Positions 62,841 to 64,000 of a DNA stretch of 64,000 bases are shown in pieces. The DNA is from Octopus vulgaris (taxonomy: Eukaryota), in contig OX597824.1 of assembly GCA_951406725.2 (NCBI GenBank), positions 70,618,001 through 70,682,000 of the forward strand, written 5' to 3'. The notes beneath the pieces were generated by a model. That model was not told the DNA's origin and ran no database searches. It saw nothing but the letters and a program-made list of their open reading frames with translations. Positions within the stretch are counted from its first letter, which is position 1. Every line of letters begins with the position of its first letter. The position numbers were made by a program, and so were the translations under genes.

Positions 62841-63804
62841 TATGAGCATGCGTTATATAGATAGAGAAGTAGATGGTTATTCTTTTACCTGATTCATTGA
62901 ACTTCAGCCATGCTGGAGCACCACTTCAATCCTTTAGCATTCAAGCTGGTCATATCAGGCCCAAATATCCTACCTGTTTTATGTTCAAACTGGCCAGATC
63001 CAGCCTCTCACATCAATCATACAATGTCATTCTAAAAGTAAACAATCACACCACTGAAATATTAAAAGCCACAAGATAATATATGCTGGATTCAAAACAG
63101 TATGGATAAGTAAGCATTAAATTTGACAGAGAAATCTGAATGCTAAAGGATTAAAAGTGTTTAGTTGATCGAATCACCCCCACCCAGTATTTATCTGAAA
63201 TCTGGTACATATTCTGTTGGTTGTTTTCTTTTTGTTTTTTTTTGTTTTTTCCAGAACTGCTAGGTTATAGGGATGTAAACAAACCAGCACCACCTGCATG
63301 CTCACACACACACACACACACACACACAATGGGCTGCCACACACTCCCTGTCTATGAAATTCACTCAGAAAATATTGGATGGTTCTGGGTCTATAAGTAG
63401 AGGATGCTTGCTCAAGGTCCACACAAAGGGTCCAGAATAAATACCACAGTTCATCTTACATTATGCCCTAGTAACTTAACTAATTCGTGTGATTAGCAAT
63501 GCAAACTAAAAGAAAAACAAAAAATAAAAACACTTGTCAATTTTTCTATGCTACCACTACTCACAGTTCTACTATAATCTCAGGTTGACCAAAGCCTTGT
63601 AAGTGGGTTAGGTGGAAACTGAAAGAAGTCTATTGTGTGTGCTCGTGTCTCCTTGTCATGACATCGCATGATTGTTGTAAACGTGTTGTTCATTTCCAGT
63701 GTTTTACAAAAACATGCCTGGTCATGTAGAAATGTTACCGTGCTTGGAAACAAGAAGGGCATCCAATCTTAGAAAATCTGCCCAATTAAAATTCTCTTTT
63801 ATCT

Positions 63805-64000
63805 TTTACTCTTTTACTTGTTTCAGTCATTTGACTGTTGCCATGCTGGAGCACCACCTTTAGTTGAGCAAATCGACCCCAGGACTTACTCTTTGTAAGC
63901 CTAGTACTTATTCTCTTGGTCTCTTTTGCTGTGTATATATATACTCTTTTACTCTTTTACTTGTTTCAGTCATTTGACTGCGGCCATGCTGGAGCACCGC
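63805..64000 (-). mobile_element. Two SINE A 3' ends
   Basis: (TACTCTTT)n followed by GTTTCAGTCATTTGACTG, twice. The second copy runs off the window. Confidence 0.85.

Overview
AT-rich, microsatellite-dense animal genomic DNA, most consistent with an octopus (coleoid cephalopod) locus, judged from its tRNA-derived SINE families and its repeat landscape. No intact protein-coding gene is present, and almost all ORFs in the supplied track are artefacts of (TA)n, (TG)n, (TAA)n or (TC)n tracts. The window looks like the interior of very large introns of a + strand gene, with two well-formed candidate small exons (32574-32604 and 56731-56804). The rest is layered mobile-element debris: three tRNA-SINE families; RTE-clade and CR1/L2-type LINE fragments; many truncated LINE 3' UTRs ending in (GAT)n; mariner/Tc1 relics; a Chapaev3-type transposon with TAA target duplication; TTAA- and hAT-type MITEs; a 5S rRNA retrocopy; and Penelope-like terminal repeats carrying hammerhead-like motifs. 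The most interesting signals are RNA-structural: a hammerhead-like fold inside a 116-bp inverted repeat, a LINE/SINE shared 3' stem-loop with compensatory changes, and a tandemly repeated pseudoknot-like module in the RTE 3' UTR. Also notable are a PHD finger inside an RT, a frame-preserving 72/75-bp minisatellite and two strong RFX X-boxes. I found no complete novel multi-gene system. All coordinates were read by eye, and repeat boundaries are approximate.
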